Source of the DNA: Nitrospirota bacterium
GTDB taxonomy: Bacteria; Nitrospirota; UBA9217
Assembly: GCA_963751455.1 (NCBI GenBank)
Contig: CAVVUN010000012.1
Location: forward strand, 544,001-608,000
Reading direction: 5' to 3'
DNA: 64,000 nucleotides
The position numbers and the translations under genes were made by a program. Below the pieces are notes generated by a model. That model did not search any database and had not been told where the DNA came from. It worked only from the letters and a program-made list of their open reading frames with translations. This document shows positions 45,837 to 56,300 of this stretch, one piece after another (position 1 is the stretch's first letter; the number at the start of each line of letters is the position of its first letter).

Positions 45837-48200
45837 TCACAGAACCAAAAATGCTGCCTGCACAAGGATGAGGAGCAGCAGCAAATGATTTGAATTAAAC
45901 AAGAAAATTTCATCGCTTTTTACGTCCGACACATTGCCTTCGGCATCCTTAAACCACACATGTAGTTTCTTGGTGCCCTTGCCCTTGCTCGTCTTAAACG
46001 GTACGTCATTGGAAAATTCTTTGACCGGAGCGAAAGTCACCCAGCGCGGGTCCGATGCATCGGGAGTAGCGGGATTCTCCGATATAAAATACCCGGCTAC
46101 GCCCTTTTTACTGGCCGCAGCTATGGTTAAATTAACCGTATTTTTATCCGTGAGATATCCGCGGCCCTTGTTTACGAAGCTGGGCGGCGTTTTGGGTATG
46201 GGCGGCAGTGTTACGCGCCACTCATATATTGCTGGTGTGGCATCCTCATTCCCATAAGCATCTATTGCCTTGACGCTGAATACGTGATCGCCCTCTGCAA
46301 GCTCCGCATACTTCATCGGCTCGACACAGGCCGAATACCCGTCGTCGTCCAGCTTACACCGGTAGGCTGCACCGGCCTTGGTTGATATAAAGCCGAAACT
46401 GGCGGCCCCGGTATTTGAAGGATCATCCGGTGTGCTTGTAATCATTGTGTCAAACGGCGTCATGTCGATAGTCCAGGAATAAAGGGCGGGAGTCGGATCG
46501 GGGTTTCCGGAGGCGTCTTTGGCCTTGACCGCGAATGCATGCGGTCCTTCGGAGAGCGCCGTATAAGACTGAGGGCTTATGCAGGGCACGTACGCGTTGC
46601 CGTCAAACGCGCATTCAAATGTTGATTGCGGCTCTGAAGAAGAAAAAATGAAATCCGCCGAGGCCGAGTTCGACAGGATGTAAGGCCGCCCTGTGATCGC
46701 GGTATCGGGCGGCGCTGTGTCTATTATCCAGGTGAAGGTTGCTGGCGCCGGCTGCGAGTTGCCTGCTTTGTCCGTGGCTTTAACGGCAATTGTATGGCTT
46801 CCTTCTGAAAGTGCCTCGTAAGACTGCGATTCGGCACAGGCTGTATAAACACGGCCGTCAAGCGAACACTGAAATGTGGAAGCCGGTTCTGTGGCAGTGA
46901 AACTGAAATCCGCCGAGGTTAAATTAGTAGGGCTCGCAGGATGGTTCGAGATGGCCGCTTCCGGGGGCAGGGTATCGAGGATAATCGTGTCAGTCACCGG
47001 CAAAGAGACGTGCCCGAGCGTGTCTTTGAACCAGACATAAACCGTTTTCGTGCCGTCTCCCGCGTTCAACGAATAGGGAACCTGCGCTGAATACGATGCC
47101 GTCGGCGCTACCGCCGTCCAGCCCGGATCAACTGCTTCTGGAGCCGCGGTGTATTGGGAAATATAGTAGCCTTGTATGCCGCTGTTTTTCGTGCCGGCTA
47201 TTGAAAGGATCACCTTGGTCGAATTCGTCCATGTCTCGCCGCTGTTGATAAAATTTCCGTTTGTCGTGTTGGTTGGGGGCGTTGTATCCACGGTGAAACT
47301 CCATACCGGCGACCAGTCGCTTGCCCCTTTAACGGCATCGGTACACTTTACTCTCCAGAAGTACGTGCCTGACTCCAGGGACGTACCCGTTTTATACGAC
47401 AATGCCTGGACGCTCTCATCTATGGTGTTTCTCGCAAAATCGTCGCTCTTCGATACCTGAATGCGGTATGCAGACGAGCCGCTCATCCAGGTAAAATAGA
47501 TTTGCCCGGACCCGAAGGTTTCTTCCTTTGCGGGTCTTGACAGGGCGGGAGGAGGCATGGGTATAAGAACAGGCGCATCGTCGCTTACGATTGACGTAAT
47601 AGTCGGGGCTGAATGAGAAGAAGTCTTCGCTGTCTCGATGCCGACATCAAACATGCCTGCTGCGGCAATCCAGGGAGGTTGCGTATCACTTGCCGCTTGT
47701 GTTGCCGGACTTGTTGCTGTCAAGAAGGGAGAAACGACGGGCTCTGTCCATTTCAAGCCCGGAACCGTTAAACCGCGAAGCATATTCACGATTCCTGTTT
47801 CTTCAAGTACCGTCAGTGCAATGGTCGACTTTTTTGAAGCAGTTTGAGGTGAAACGGAACCGTATCGTATCGATTTGGATAACCTCGGCGAGAGCAATTG
47901 AACCATGCCGGCATTCCAGTCAAAAATACGGGCCGATGGCAGAGGAGCGCATAAGACCGCGGGGGACTGACCTCCTGAGACCCGAATAAAACCGGCTGGA
48001 CACCAGGCTTGCCTGGAAAACCCTTTTTCCGCTTTTCTTTTTCCTGACGGTATGCTTTTTGCCTCTACCCGGGCCTTGTCCGAGGATTGGCCCGATAACT
48101 GGGTCGACAATTGAATTGTCACTAATTCTTTTGCCGATCCGGCCTTCAGGAGAAAGGGCAACAGAGACATATTCAGGATAAGAAAGAATATTTTTTTCAC
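45837..48200 (-). CDS. Ig-like repeat protein with C-terminal hydrophobic anchor (787 aa); paralogue of 22105-25170
   Basis: Shares YFWRVK, DTTPPTNTT..FIN.G…GDG.KT.YVWFKD and three F-x-C-x-x-D…AC…EG.H.F.V.A.D repeats; ends HLLLLLILVQAAFLVL; N-terminal start uncertain. Confidence 0.8.
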   Translation of the reverse strand: MKKIFFLILNMSLLPFLLKAGSAKELVTIQLSTQLSGQSSDKARVEAKSIPSGKRKAEKGFSRQAWCPAGFIRVSGGQSPAVLCAPLPSARIFDWNAGMVQLLSPRLSKSIRYGSVSPQTASKKSTIALTVLEETGIVNMLRGLTVPGLKWTEPVVSPFLTATSPATQAASDTQPPWIAAAGMFDVGIETAKTSSHSAPTITSIVSDDAPVLIPMPPPALSRPAKEETFGSGQIYFTWMSGSSAYRIQVSKSDDFARNTIDESVQALSYKTGTSLESGTYFWRVKCTDAVKGASDWSPVWSFTVDTTPPTNTTNGNFINSGETWTNSTKVILSIAGTKNSGIQGYYISQYTAAPEAVDPGWTAVAPTASYSAQVPYSLNAGDGTKTVYVWFKDTLGHVSLPVTDTIILDTLPPEAAISNHPASPTNLTSADFSFTATEPASTFQCSLDGRVYTACAESQSYEALSEGSHTIAVKATDKAGNSQPAPATFTWIIDTAPPDTAITGRPYILSNSASADFIFSSSEPQSTFECAFDGNAYVPCISPQSYTALSEGPHAFAVKAKDASGNPDPTPALYSWTIDMTPFDTMITSTPDDPSNTGAASFGFISTKAGAAYRCKLDDDGYSACVEPMKYAELAEGDHVFSVKAIDAYGNEDATPAIYEWRVTLPPIPKTPPSFVNKGRGYLTDKNTVNLTIAAASKKGVAGYFISENPATPDASDPRWVTFAPVKEFSNDVPFKTSKGKGTKKLHVWFKDAEGNVSDVKSDEIFLFNSNHLLLLLILVQAAFLVL

Positions 48201-48723
48201 GGCTCATCAATTTTTTTTCTTTACTTCGTCTTTGATACGGGTAATTATAGGCAAAAAATAGTACAATAAATCGGACTAAAAGGCAAGGTCAATCAAGTTG
48301 CCGTATCGTTGAAACAACATGGAAATTTCATGCCCGCAGTACTATGCAAAAAACCGTTTTTTTGGTGAATAAATTGTTGCTCAGAAGCATATACGAAGCA
48401 TATAATAGTTTAGTATTGCTGAAACTGGGGGCATATAGCTCAATTATCGGCGTGATATGGCCCCAAAAACGCATTTTTTAGTTGATGGTGAATTCGACTT
48501 TAATTGTATCAATGTTGGTCAATAGTTCCACTTTGTGATCCCCCGGCAGGTAGAGCGTTTAGGGACGTTAGAATCGAATGAAAAAAGTAAGCATTCTTCC
48601 TCAGTTGAATGAAACGTGCCGGCTTTTTCTTGGACTGGATTACCCCCTTTATAAAAAAGCTCAACTTATTAATAACTTCGACTTATGGTCTGGTTTTTGC
48701 TTATATTAATGAAAGGCAGATTT

Positions 48724-50076
48724 ATGAAAAAAGTAGCTGTTTTGGTTTTGCTCGCCGCATTTTTTGTGACTCTTCCAATTTCGAACGTAAAAGCTGCTCC
48801 CGCCGCTGCCCCGGAGCAGGGATGCGTGACTTCGAAATGCCACCAGGACATGTTGAAATCCAAAAATATCCATCCGGCGGCGGACCCGTGCGAGACCTGT
48901 CACCAGTCTATTATGTCGCCGCACCCGCAAAAAAAGACAAAGACCTTCAAGCTGAGTCAAGAGGTCCCAGGATTGTGCTACCAGTGTCATGCAACGTTTG
49001 GCGCGCTAAAGCATGTCCATCCACCGGTTAAAGACGGGATGTGCACTACCTGCCATAATCCGCATGACTCTGCAGAGCCGAAACTGCTTACACAGCCTAT
49101 GAAAAGCCTTTGCACCTCTTGCCATGCCGACAAAGCGGAATACAAGTTCGCGCATGGACCGGTGGCTGCGGGCGATTGCACCTTCTGTCATAATCCGCAC
49201 GAAGCGAACACGGCCCGCATGCTCGTGAAAGAAGGGGCGGATCTCTGCTTCACGTGCCATGCGGACCTACAGGGCGATTTCAAAAAGAAAGTTGTGCACC
49301 CGGCCATTGATATGGGCTGCCCGTCCTGCCATAACCCGCATGGATCAGGCGTCAAGAAATTTTTTTCGGCGGAAGGAGCCGCGCTCTGCTACCAATGCCA
49401 TCCGCAGATCGAAGAAAAACTGAAATCGGCAAAGGTTGTTCACGCGCCCATCAAAACGGCGCAAAGCTGTGCATCGTGCCATGCTCCCCATTCAAGTGAC
49501 GCGCAAAAACTCCTGTCTGCAGAGGGCAAGGATCTGTGTCTCGGCTGTCATAAGGATTTCATCAAGAAAAAACAAACAGTCATGCACGGCCCGATTCGGG
49601 ACGGGAAGTGCACGCCCTGTCATAATCCGCACGGCACGCCGAACGACAGACTCCTGATCAAGCCGTACTCCCCGGCATTTTATGTCTCATACAGTGATTC
49701 AGAATTTCAATTTTGCTTCAGCTGTCATAACCGGGACCTTCTCAAGTTTCCGACTACATCCTACGCAACAGGATTCAGGGACGGAGAAAGAAATCTTCAT
49801 TTCCTTCATATTAACAAGAAAGACAAGGGCAGGACCTGCAGGGCCTGCCATGTCGTGCATGCAGGCGAAAAACCGAAATTGATTGCGGACAAGGTTACCT
49901 TCGGTAAATGGAGTCTGCCCCTGAACTTTGAAAAAACCGAGACCGGCGGCAGTTGCACGCCCGGATGTCACCAAAAATACTCCTATGACATAAAAGGCAA
50001 GCAAGCAGCACCCGATAGAACCAGGGGAAAAATCCAGGGAAGAGACACAGGCAAAACAAATGACAAACCTAAATAA
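48724..50076 (+). CDS. Periplasmic multiheme cytochrome c (13 CxxCH + CX4CH + CX3CH), paired-CxxCH repeat type
   Basis: Signal peptide; repeated H-x-P…C-x-x-C-H-N-P-H…L-C-x-x-C-H units; C-terminal TGFRDGERNLHFLH. Confidence 0.93.
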   Translation: MKKVAVLVLLAAFFVTLPISNVKAAPAAAPEQGCVTSKCHQDMLKSKNIHPAADPCETCHQSIMSPHPQKKTKTFKLSQEVPGLCYQCHATFGALKHVHPPVKDGMCTTCHNPHDSAEPKLLTQPMKSLCTSCHADKAEYKFAHGPVAAGDCTFCHNPHEANTARMLVKEGADLCFTCHADLQGDFKKKVVHPAIDMGCPSCHNPHGSGVKKFFSAEGAALCYQCHPQIEEKLKSAKVVHAPIKTAQSCASCHAPHSSDAQKLLSAEGKDLCLGCHKDFIKKKQTVMHGPIRDGKCTPCHNPHGTPNDRLLIKPYSPAFYVSYSDSEFQFCFSCHNRDLLKFPTTSYATGFRDGERNLHFLHINKKDKGRTCRACHVVHAGEKPKLIADKVTFGKWSLPLNFEKTETGGSCTPGCHQKYSYDIKGKQAAPDRTRGKIQGRDTGKTNDKPK

Positions 50077-50347
50077 TGACAGCTCCCGTATGGACGAACA
50101 GTATTCGGGTGAAGTCGAATTCTTCATTGTTGAGAATAGCGCCGGTCCCGGCGCCGAAAACAGGGGGCCGGGCAACACGGGCACGCTGATCGAATGGAGC
50201 AGCAGCGGGACAGGCATGCTGACCCGCATTCCGCTGCAGCCCGGAAACATGGTCCGGCTCAACCATGAAGGCGCGTCAAAATTAGGGATTGTAATGTGGA
50301 GCGTCGAGTCATCGAATAAGTTCCGGGTCCAGATGAGGTTTGTATAA
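50060..50347 (+). CDS. Small degenerate PilZ-like protein
   Basis: GTLIEWSSSGTGM (variant of D/NxSxxG), LQPG..V, GIVMW, FRVQMRF; lacks RxxxR; overlaps the cytochrome stop. Confidence 0.65.
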   Translation: MTNLNNDSSRMDEQYSGEVEFFIVENSAGPGAENRGPGNTGTLIEWSSSGTGMLTRIPLQPGNMVRLNHEGASKLGIVMWSVESSNKFRVQMRFV

Positions 50348-50509
50348 GTGGAGCCTCCGGCAGAAGTTAGGCATTCCCAAGTTGCGGGTTTGAAGACAAC
50401 ATACAACAGTTATTTAAACAGTGTACCCAAAAACAGCCCTCCTGTCACCCCTTACGAGAACGATGCTTCTACCCATTTGGCGCATCTCACAGGCTTAACC
50501 ATTCAGTAA

Positions 50510-50538
50510 TTGACAAAAACATACTATATCAGTAGGAT
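50510..50538 (+). promoter_or_regulatory. Sigma70 promoter
   Basis: TTGACA-17-TAGGAT upstream of 50575. Confidence 0.55.
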
Positions 50539-50574
50539 AGAGAGAATTTGATGTTTTATGGGGGTGATTTTTTC

Positions 50575-52335
50575 ATGAAGCAACGATCTTCGTATCAGCC
50601 CTTTCTTACTGTCCCTGTCCTCTTTACAGTTCTTTTATTTGCCCCGGCCGCAAGTTATGCCATAGACCGCCTCGTTCCGTCTGAATTCTCGACCATCCAG
50701 GCGGCAATAAACGCTGCATCCGATAACGATACAGTTATAGTCGACCCGGGGACCTATCAGGAGGCCATCACCCTCACGAAAAGCGTCAATATCCAGGGGA
50801 GCGAGACTGCCCGGACCTTTTTGAGTGGAGGTGGAGGCGGCCCGATCGTAGTCATTAACGGGACAAACATCAGCGCCGTAATCCGCAATTTTACCTTCAT
50901 CAATGCATCACTCGGGATCCAGATCTCCGATGACCAGTCGAATGTGGACATCAAGAACAACGTGTTCGAGGTAGGCTCGGGCGGGATCGGAGTTTCTGTA
51001 CAGCTGACCACGGTGGACGATCCCACTTCCGGGATCGAGGTTGCCAATAATGTTTTTTTCCAGAACTGGACAGCCGTGGCCAGCGACCCATTTATTGATA
51101 TCAATCACAATATCTTTGCGTATAATAAAACCGCGATATCGTCGAATACGACCAATGTTGTAAATAACGCTTTTTTCAGCAACGGCACGGATGGGCCGAC
51201 TGGTTCCGGCCCTGTTACGGGTGATCCCCTTTTCGTGGACACCGCAAACCACGACTTCCATCTCCGGGAAGGATCGCCCTGCATCAATGAAGAGACAAAT
51301 CCGCCCTCGGAAATCGGCGCCTATGGCGGCCCGGAGGCCGACCTGACTCCCTTCCCGGTTCAGGGACTGAAAATAACGTCCACAACGGCCTCTTCGATCT
51401 CTCTCGCCTGGTACCCGAACTTGTCCTCCCACGTCACGAACACGGATTATCCCAAAGGAACCTACTCTGTCTGGTACGGCCGGACATCCGGCCCTCCCTA
51501 CGAGGGTTTTGAGGCTACTGTCGAATCGAGCTACGAATTCTTTGATGAAGACATTACCCTGGTTACGGACGAGTCCGGCAAGACAGCTTACACTTATACG
51601 CTCAATTTTGATTTATCGACCACGCAACTGGATTCTCCTATCCTTGATGAGCCGGACCCCCGCGACGGAAAGCTCGTGCTTAAGTGGTCCCCGGTCTTGG
51701 GCGCTGCCGGATATAAAGTACATTACGGTACGATGATTACCGGCGAAAATACTCTTGACGTCGGAAACACAACGTCTTACACGCTAACAGGTCTCACGAA
51801 CGGTCAAACCTACATAGTGGCTGTCAGCGCTTATCTACGGCATGAATTCTTTATCGCGCTGAAGGCGCTCGATATAGGCGGAATTGAAAGCGACTATTCA
51901 CAGGAGGTTTCGGCGCAGATCGGGGAGACCCTGGAGAGCCTGTTTTCGAACGAAAAGACGGAATACCCGGAGCCCGTTATCGCGTATCCGGTGCTGCCGA
52001 ACGGGCGCCACGGCTGCTTTATCGCGTCGGCCGCGTATGGATCGTACTCCTCGCCGGAAGTACTGATTCTGCGCGACTTCCGTGATCGTTATCTGCTCAC
52101 AACCCGTGCCGGCAGGATGTTTGTCAAGTGGTATTATCGTAACAGCCCAGCCGCTGCTGCGCTGTTGAACTCGCATCCGGAATACAAGCCGGTGGTCAGA
52201 GCACTGCTCACTCCTGTTGTTGGCGCAGCCATCGTTGTAACAAGGACGTCAGTAGCTGTAGGATTCGCGTTGATCCTCGGAACAGCGATTATCTGCGCCC
52301 TCCTGAAAAGGCGCTCACGACCAATCAAAGCTTAG
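50575..52335 (+). CDS. Beta-helix + FN3 surface protein with CFI-box-CTERM sorting domain
   Basis: VPSEFSTIQAAI..PGTY, NN ladders, DPLFVD..DFHL..SPCI, FN3 (YKVHYG, LTGLTNGQTY), C-terminal GCFIASAAYGS…LRDFRD…GRMFVKWYYRNSP + TM + KRR. Confidence 0.88.
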   Translation: MKQRSSYQPFLTVPVLFTVLLFAPAASYAIDRLVPSEFSTIQAAINAASDNDTVIVDPGTYQEAITLTKSVNIQGSETARTFLSGGGGGPIVVINGTNISAVIRNFTFINASLGIQISDDQSNVDIKNNVFEVGSGGIGVSVQLTTVDDPTSGIEVANNVFFQNWTAVASDPFIDINHNIFAYNKTAISSNTTNVVNNAFFSNGTDGPTGSGPVTGDPLFVDTANHDFHLREGSPCINEETNPPSEIGAYGGPEADLTPFPVQGLKITSTTASSISLAWYPNLSSHVTNTDYPKGTYSVWYGRTSGPPYEGFEATVESSYEFFDEDITLVTDESGKTAYTYTLNFDLSTTQLDSPILDEPDPRDGKLVLKWSPVLGAAGYKVHYGTMITGENTLDVGNTTSYTLTGLTNGQTYIVAVSAYLRHEFFIALKALDIGGIESDYSQEVSAQIGETLESLFSNEKTEYPEPVIAYPVLPNGRHGCFIASAAYGSYSSPEVLILRDFRDRYLLTTRAGRMFVKWYYRNSPAAAALLNSHPEYKPVVRALLTPVVGAAIVVTRTSVAVGFALILGTAIICALLKRRSRPIKA

Positions 52336-52409
52336 TAATTGAACAGTACGACTCTCTCTTAATAGTTGCTGATTTTTGACGGAAGTTTTGCACCCGTTCA
52401 GGAGGATTT

Positions 52410-53051
52410 TTGAATAAATATTTTTCCATTCTGCTCTTTCTACTTCTTCCTTCAGCTGTCTTTGCAGAGGACCCGATACGCGACCAGCCCAACTGGGTAT
52501 TTGAACTGAAAGGCGGCAGGTTTATGCCCGGGCTCGAAGACTGGACGAGGTACTACAGCAGGAGGTACATGATTCAGTATGGAGCTTCACTGGCGTATAT
52601 TATCGTGCCGCAGGTCGAATTAGGTTTCGGCGCGAGCTCGACGAAGGCAAACGGGGATGCTGCAGCGGCCCTCCACGGAAAATCTTACAGCAATGTAGTG
52701 ACCTATCAGCTTTACCCGATCAATGCATTCATACTTTTTCGCGGCATCTGGAGCGAAGATCAGCTGCTTGTCCCGTACATCGGCGGGGGCATGACGAGAG
52801 TATACTACCGGCAGAAGATCCGGGACCAGGATACAGTGGCAGGCTATACCGACGGTTATCATGCAAGGGGCGGGTTGCAATTCTCTCTCGATACTGTGGA
52901 CCCGAGCGCATCTAACAGGATGTACCTTGACTATGGAATCCGCTCTACGTACTTCTTTATAGAAGCAGAATATACCCGGGCTGTGGTAACTTCTGTTTCA
53001 ATCGATTTGGGCGGCACGTCATACCTCGGAGGCCTTCGGTTCGAGTTTTAA
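52410..53051 (+). CDS. Outer-membrane beta-barrel (MXAN_2562-like)
   Basis: TTG start with AGGAGG; FELKGG.F.P, LVPYIGGG, LD..DP…DYGI..TYFFIE, terminal GLRFEF. Confidence 0.8.
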   Translation: MNKYFSILLFLLLPSAVFAEDPIRDQPNWVFELKGGRFMPGLEDWTRYYSRRYMIQYGASLAYIIVPQVELGFGASSTKANGDAAAALHGKSYSNVVTYQLYPINAFILFRGIWSEDQLLVPYIGGGMTRVYYRQKIRDQDTVAGYTDGYHARGGLQFSLDTVDPSASNRMYLDYGIRSTYFFIEAEYTRAVVTSVSIDLGGTSYLGGLRFEF

Positions 53052-53245
53052 TTCACTTCAAATCGCCGGATACCTCGCGTTTCCCAAATCATCCTTCTTT
53101 TTGCTGCTCCATGGCGAATAAAAGCTGTCGGACATCTCGCGATTCTCTGCATCGATCTTTTAAATTCAAATGCTCCCCCGGCAAACTGCGCCTCCCCCCT
53201 ATAAGTACCAGCGAAAGGTTTCCAGCGTCATGCCCGGCATCCCAT

Positions 53246-53285
53246 GAAAAAACAGGCAGTCCCGAACCACGGGACCGCCTGTTTA
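53246..53285 (-). terminator. Intrinsic terminator of cytochrome A
   Basis: AACAGGC(A/G)GTCCCG…CGGGAC.GCCTGTT hairpin with U-tract on the minus strand; homologous to 59313-59349. Confidence 0.75.
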
Positions 53286-53305
53286 GCAAGTACAAATAAT
53301 ACTGT

Positions 53306-56300
53306 TTACGGTAAAGGCTGGGCCTCGAAGTCGTTGACAGTTACGGTGGTAGTCGTAACCGTTGTCGTGATGGTTGAAGGAGTCCAGCTATAAACCTCTC
53401 GTGTTGTAGTTGTTCCGACGGTGACCAGTCTGCCGGTCCTCTTCAATGCCTCGATCGTATAATCAGAGTATATCGTCGGTGTCGGATACGTCGCCAATAC
53501 CACGTTCGGCACTACGTTTCTGAACGTGTATGCACCGAAGGAGTTGGTAACCGCCTTCTTCAAGGTATTACCGTTGTGCTTCAGGGTCATGATCACGCCC
53601 GGGAACGGGGTAGTGCCGCCTGGCTTGGTTACGAGGCCGGATATGATCAAACGCTCGATCGTAACCGGTATCTTAGCCCTGGAGACCTGTACTCTGTATC
53701 CGGGGGTGTCGGTTCTTAGCATCATCATGACATTGTACGTTCTCGCTCTGCGGTACAGATGGTCGGCTTCGCCGCCCATTCGTATGTAGCTGCGCTGACC
53801 GTCGCCCCACATGATTGTTATTGTCCCTGTCATGCCCGAAGCCACAGTCGTATCCGTTAAGGTTACGTGGTATCCGTCTGTGACTACGTTTGCAGCCGGG
53901 GTAATAGCGGGAGCTGCTGCTGCTCTCGGGTAGACCGTTTTGGATACGGATGCGGACGTTGATGCATCGCCGCAAGTCATCGTTACGGTCTGGGAAGTGG
54001 CGAGGGCATACGTATGGTCCGTGGTTATACCGGTCGCTGAAGAACCGTCGCCGAAATTCCATGAGTAGGTCGAGCAGTTCGTTGACGACGCTCCGCTAAA
54101 CAGGATCTTGAACGGCGTTACAGCGTCGTTCGTCCAGCTGAAAGCCGGCCTTGGCAGTGATCCGCTGTGAATCTGGGAAAACCGCAGGTCGACCATAGAC
54201 GAAACCGGGGTACCATGACATGACTCGCACGCCGAGATTGTAGGCACAACACCGGCTGTTGCATGGCAGGAGCCGCAATTCTGAGGCGTTGTAGTACCTG
54301 TTGTAGAATGGCTCAGAGTCGACATCGTCTGAGAGTGGCAACCCTCGCATGAGGACATTGTTGCCGACGACGGTATGGTTTTGTGAGTCGTTGTATGGCA
54401 CGTCGTGCAGGTCGTATTATCGGTACTCACCACTGTGTGTGTTGTATGCGCCTGGGTCGGATGGCACTGCGTGCAGTTCAAGCTTGACAACGAGGCGTGC
54501 ATGCCCTCCGCATAGGTTTGTGCCTGAGCCGCGTCAAAGGTGGTAGTAGTATGGCCGGTTATCCCGGAGTCATGGCACTTGCCGCAGGCATAATTGACCG
54601 TCATGTAGTTTGCTGCGATATTCTTCCCGCCTGCATTGGTCCTGTGCATCGTGGTACCGGTCGGGCTGATCGCGAAGATATGACCTTTCACATCACCTTT
54701 CGCGCCCCATGTGCCGGACTGTAAAGTTGCAGATTTTACAATCTCCGCCATATGGCAGTCAGTGCACGTAATGCTGCCCATCTGGAATGCGAGGCCGGAT
54801 ACCTTGGTATCAGCGCCTCCTGCCGCGGCATTCGGTGTGCCGGTTGCATGGCACTCATTGCAAGAGACAACCGCGCCTCTGGCTTCTCCGGACTGCGCAT
54901 TGTCGGTGATTCCAAGGGCCCCGGCGATATCGTCCGTTACCTTGTGGGCGCGTTTGTGAGGATCGTGACAGGTAACGCACTCGAGCGCAGCATGAGCTCC
55001 GTCGCCATTGTAGCCGACCAGTTCGTTATACTGCTCGTGATGCTGGACCGACTGGTTGGCGATACTGGTGCCTCCGTTATTTATGGCGCCGTTGGTAAAG
55101 ATCACGCCTGTGCCGCCGCATTCACCTCCGAAGCCCGTGGTGTTAGTCGATCTGACATGGCACTTGCCGCAGAGGTCTTTGGAGGTGTTCTTGGTAATAT
55201 TGGTTTTGGACGCTTCAGTCGCATGCGTTGCGCCGGCGCCGTGGCAAGCCTCGCACTGTACGCCGCTGAACGTCCATTCACTGCGGAACCCTCCCGGAGC
55301 TGTATACGCAAGTTCGCTCGACGCCCACGGCTCGGTCCGTCCGCTGCCGAGGGCAGTCGAACAGCTGGCGTCTATAGAGCTGGTTCCATTGGTGTTATGG
55401 CAGATCGCGCAGGAGTACGTCTTGCCGGCGCTGCCATATGATGAATAGTCAGACCTTGCGTCAGCAGGGTCAAGGGTAAGATCCGCAGCCAGCATATTGA
55501 ACTGCGCCCCGGTCCCGGCAGTGCTGCCGCCCGAGCTTGACCAGATAAATCCGGTCGCTGTATTATCGATAGTGTCTTTTACGCCCCATCTGGCTTTCCA
55601 GCCGTAGCCGCCGATCACATAGCTTACGACAGACCAGTCGAGGTTTGAACCGCCGTTTTTCACATTGGTTTCACTGTTCGGATCGTAGAGAGCTGAAAGC
55701 AACGGCATCTTCGGCGTAAGAAGCGCCGAAAGCGGGTCCGTAATTGTGCTGATATCGTCTCCGCCTGAAGTAACTGGAGTGAGGCCCTTTGTAAACCGCA
55801 CTTTGTAGGAATGGCCTGACTGGTCGAAGTCAGCTTTCTGCGATGTATGGCAGCTTCCGCAGACGTTGGTGCCCATATAGCCGCCGTCTATGCCTGCTAA
55901 CGTCGCGTGGTAATTCGTTGCTACTGCCGTTGCCGCAGATGCGTCAGCCAGGGCAGGTGCAGACCCGACAGCGCTGTCGTGGCATTTGCCGCAGGCAAAG
56001 TTAACAGTCATGGCGTTAGCGGCGATATGTTTCCCGCCTGCATTCGTTCTGTCCATGGTAGTTGCAGCGGGATCGATCCTGAAGATATGGCCTTTCACAT
56101 CGCCCTTGACGCCCCATGAACCGGTAAGTTGCGTTGCCGATTTCACAATCTCAGCCATATGACAGTCGCTGCAGGCGAGACCTGCGTGAATGGTAGCGCT
56201 GTTATAGGTCCCCGAACTCGTCTTGCCATAATGGCAGCTTGTGCAGCTTCTTCTGATCGCCCCTCTTGCCTCACCCGACGATGCATTGTCGGTGATTCCG

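Noticed and set aside
53049-53299. Small ORFs between the barrel gene and the cytochrome A terminator
   Set aside because: Short, mutually overlapping, no motifs; they overlap a terminator.
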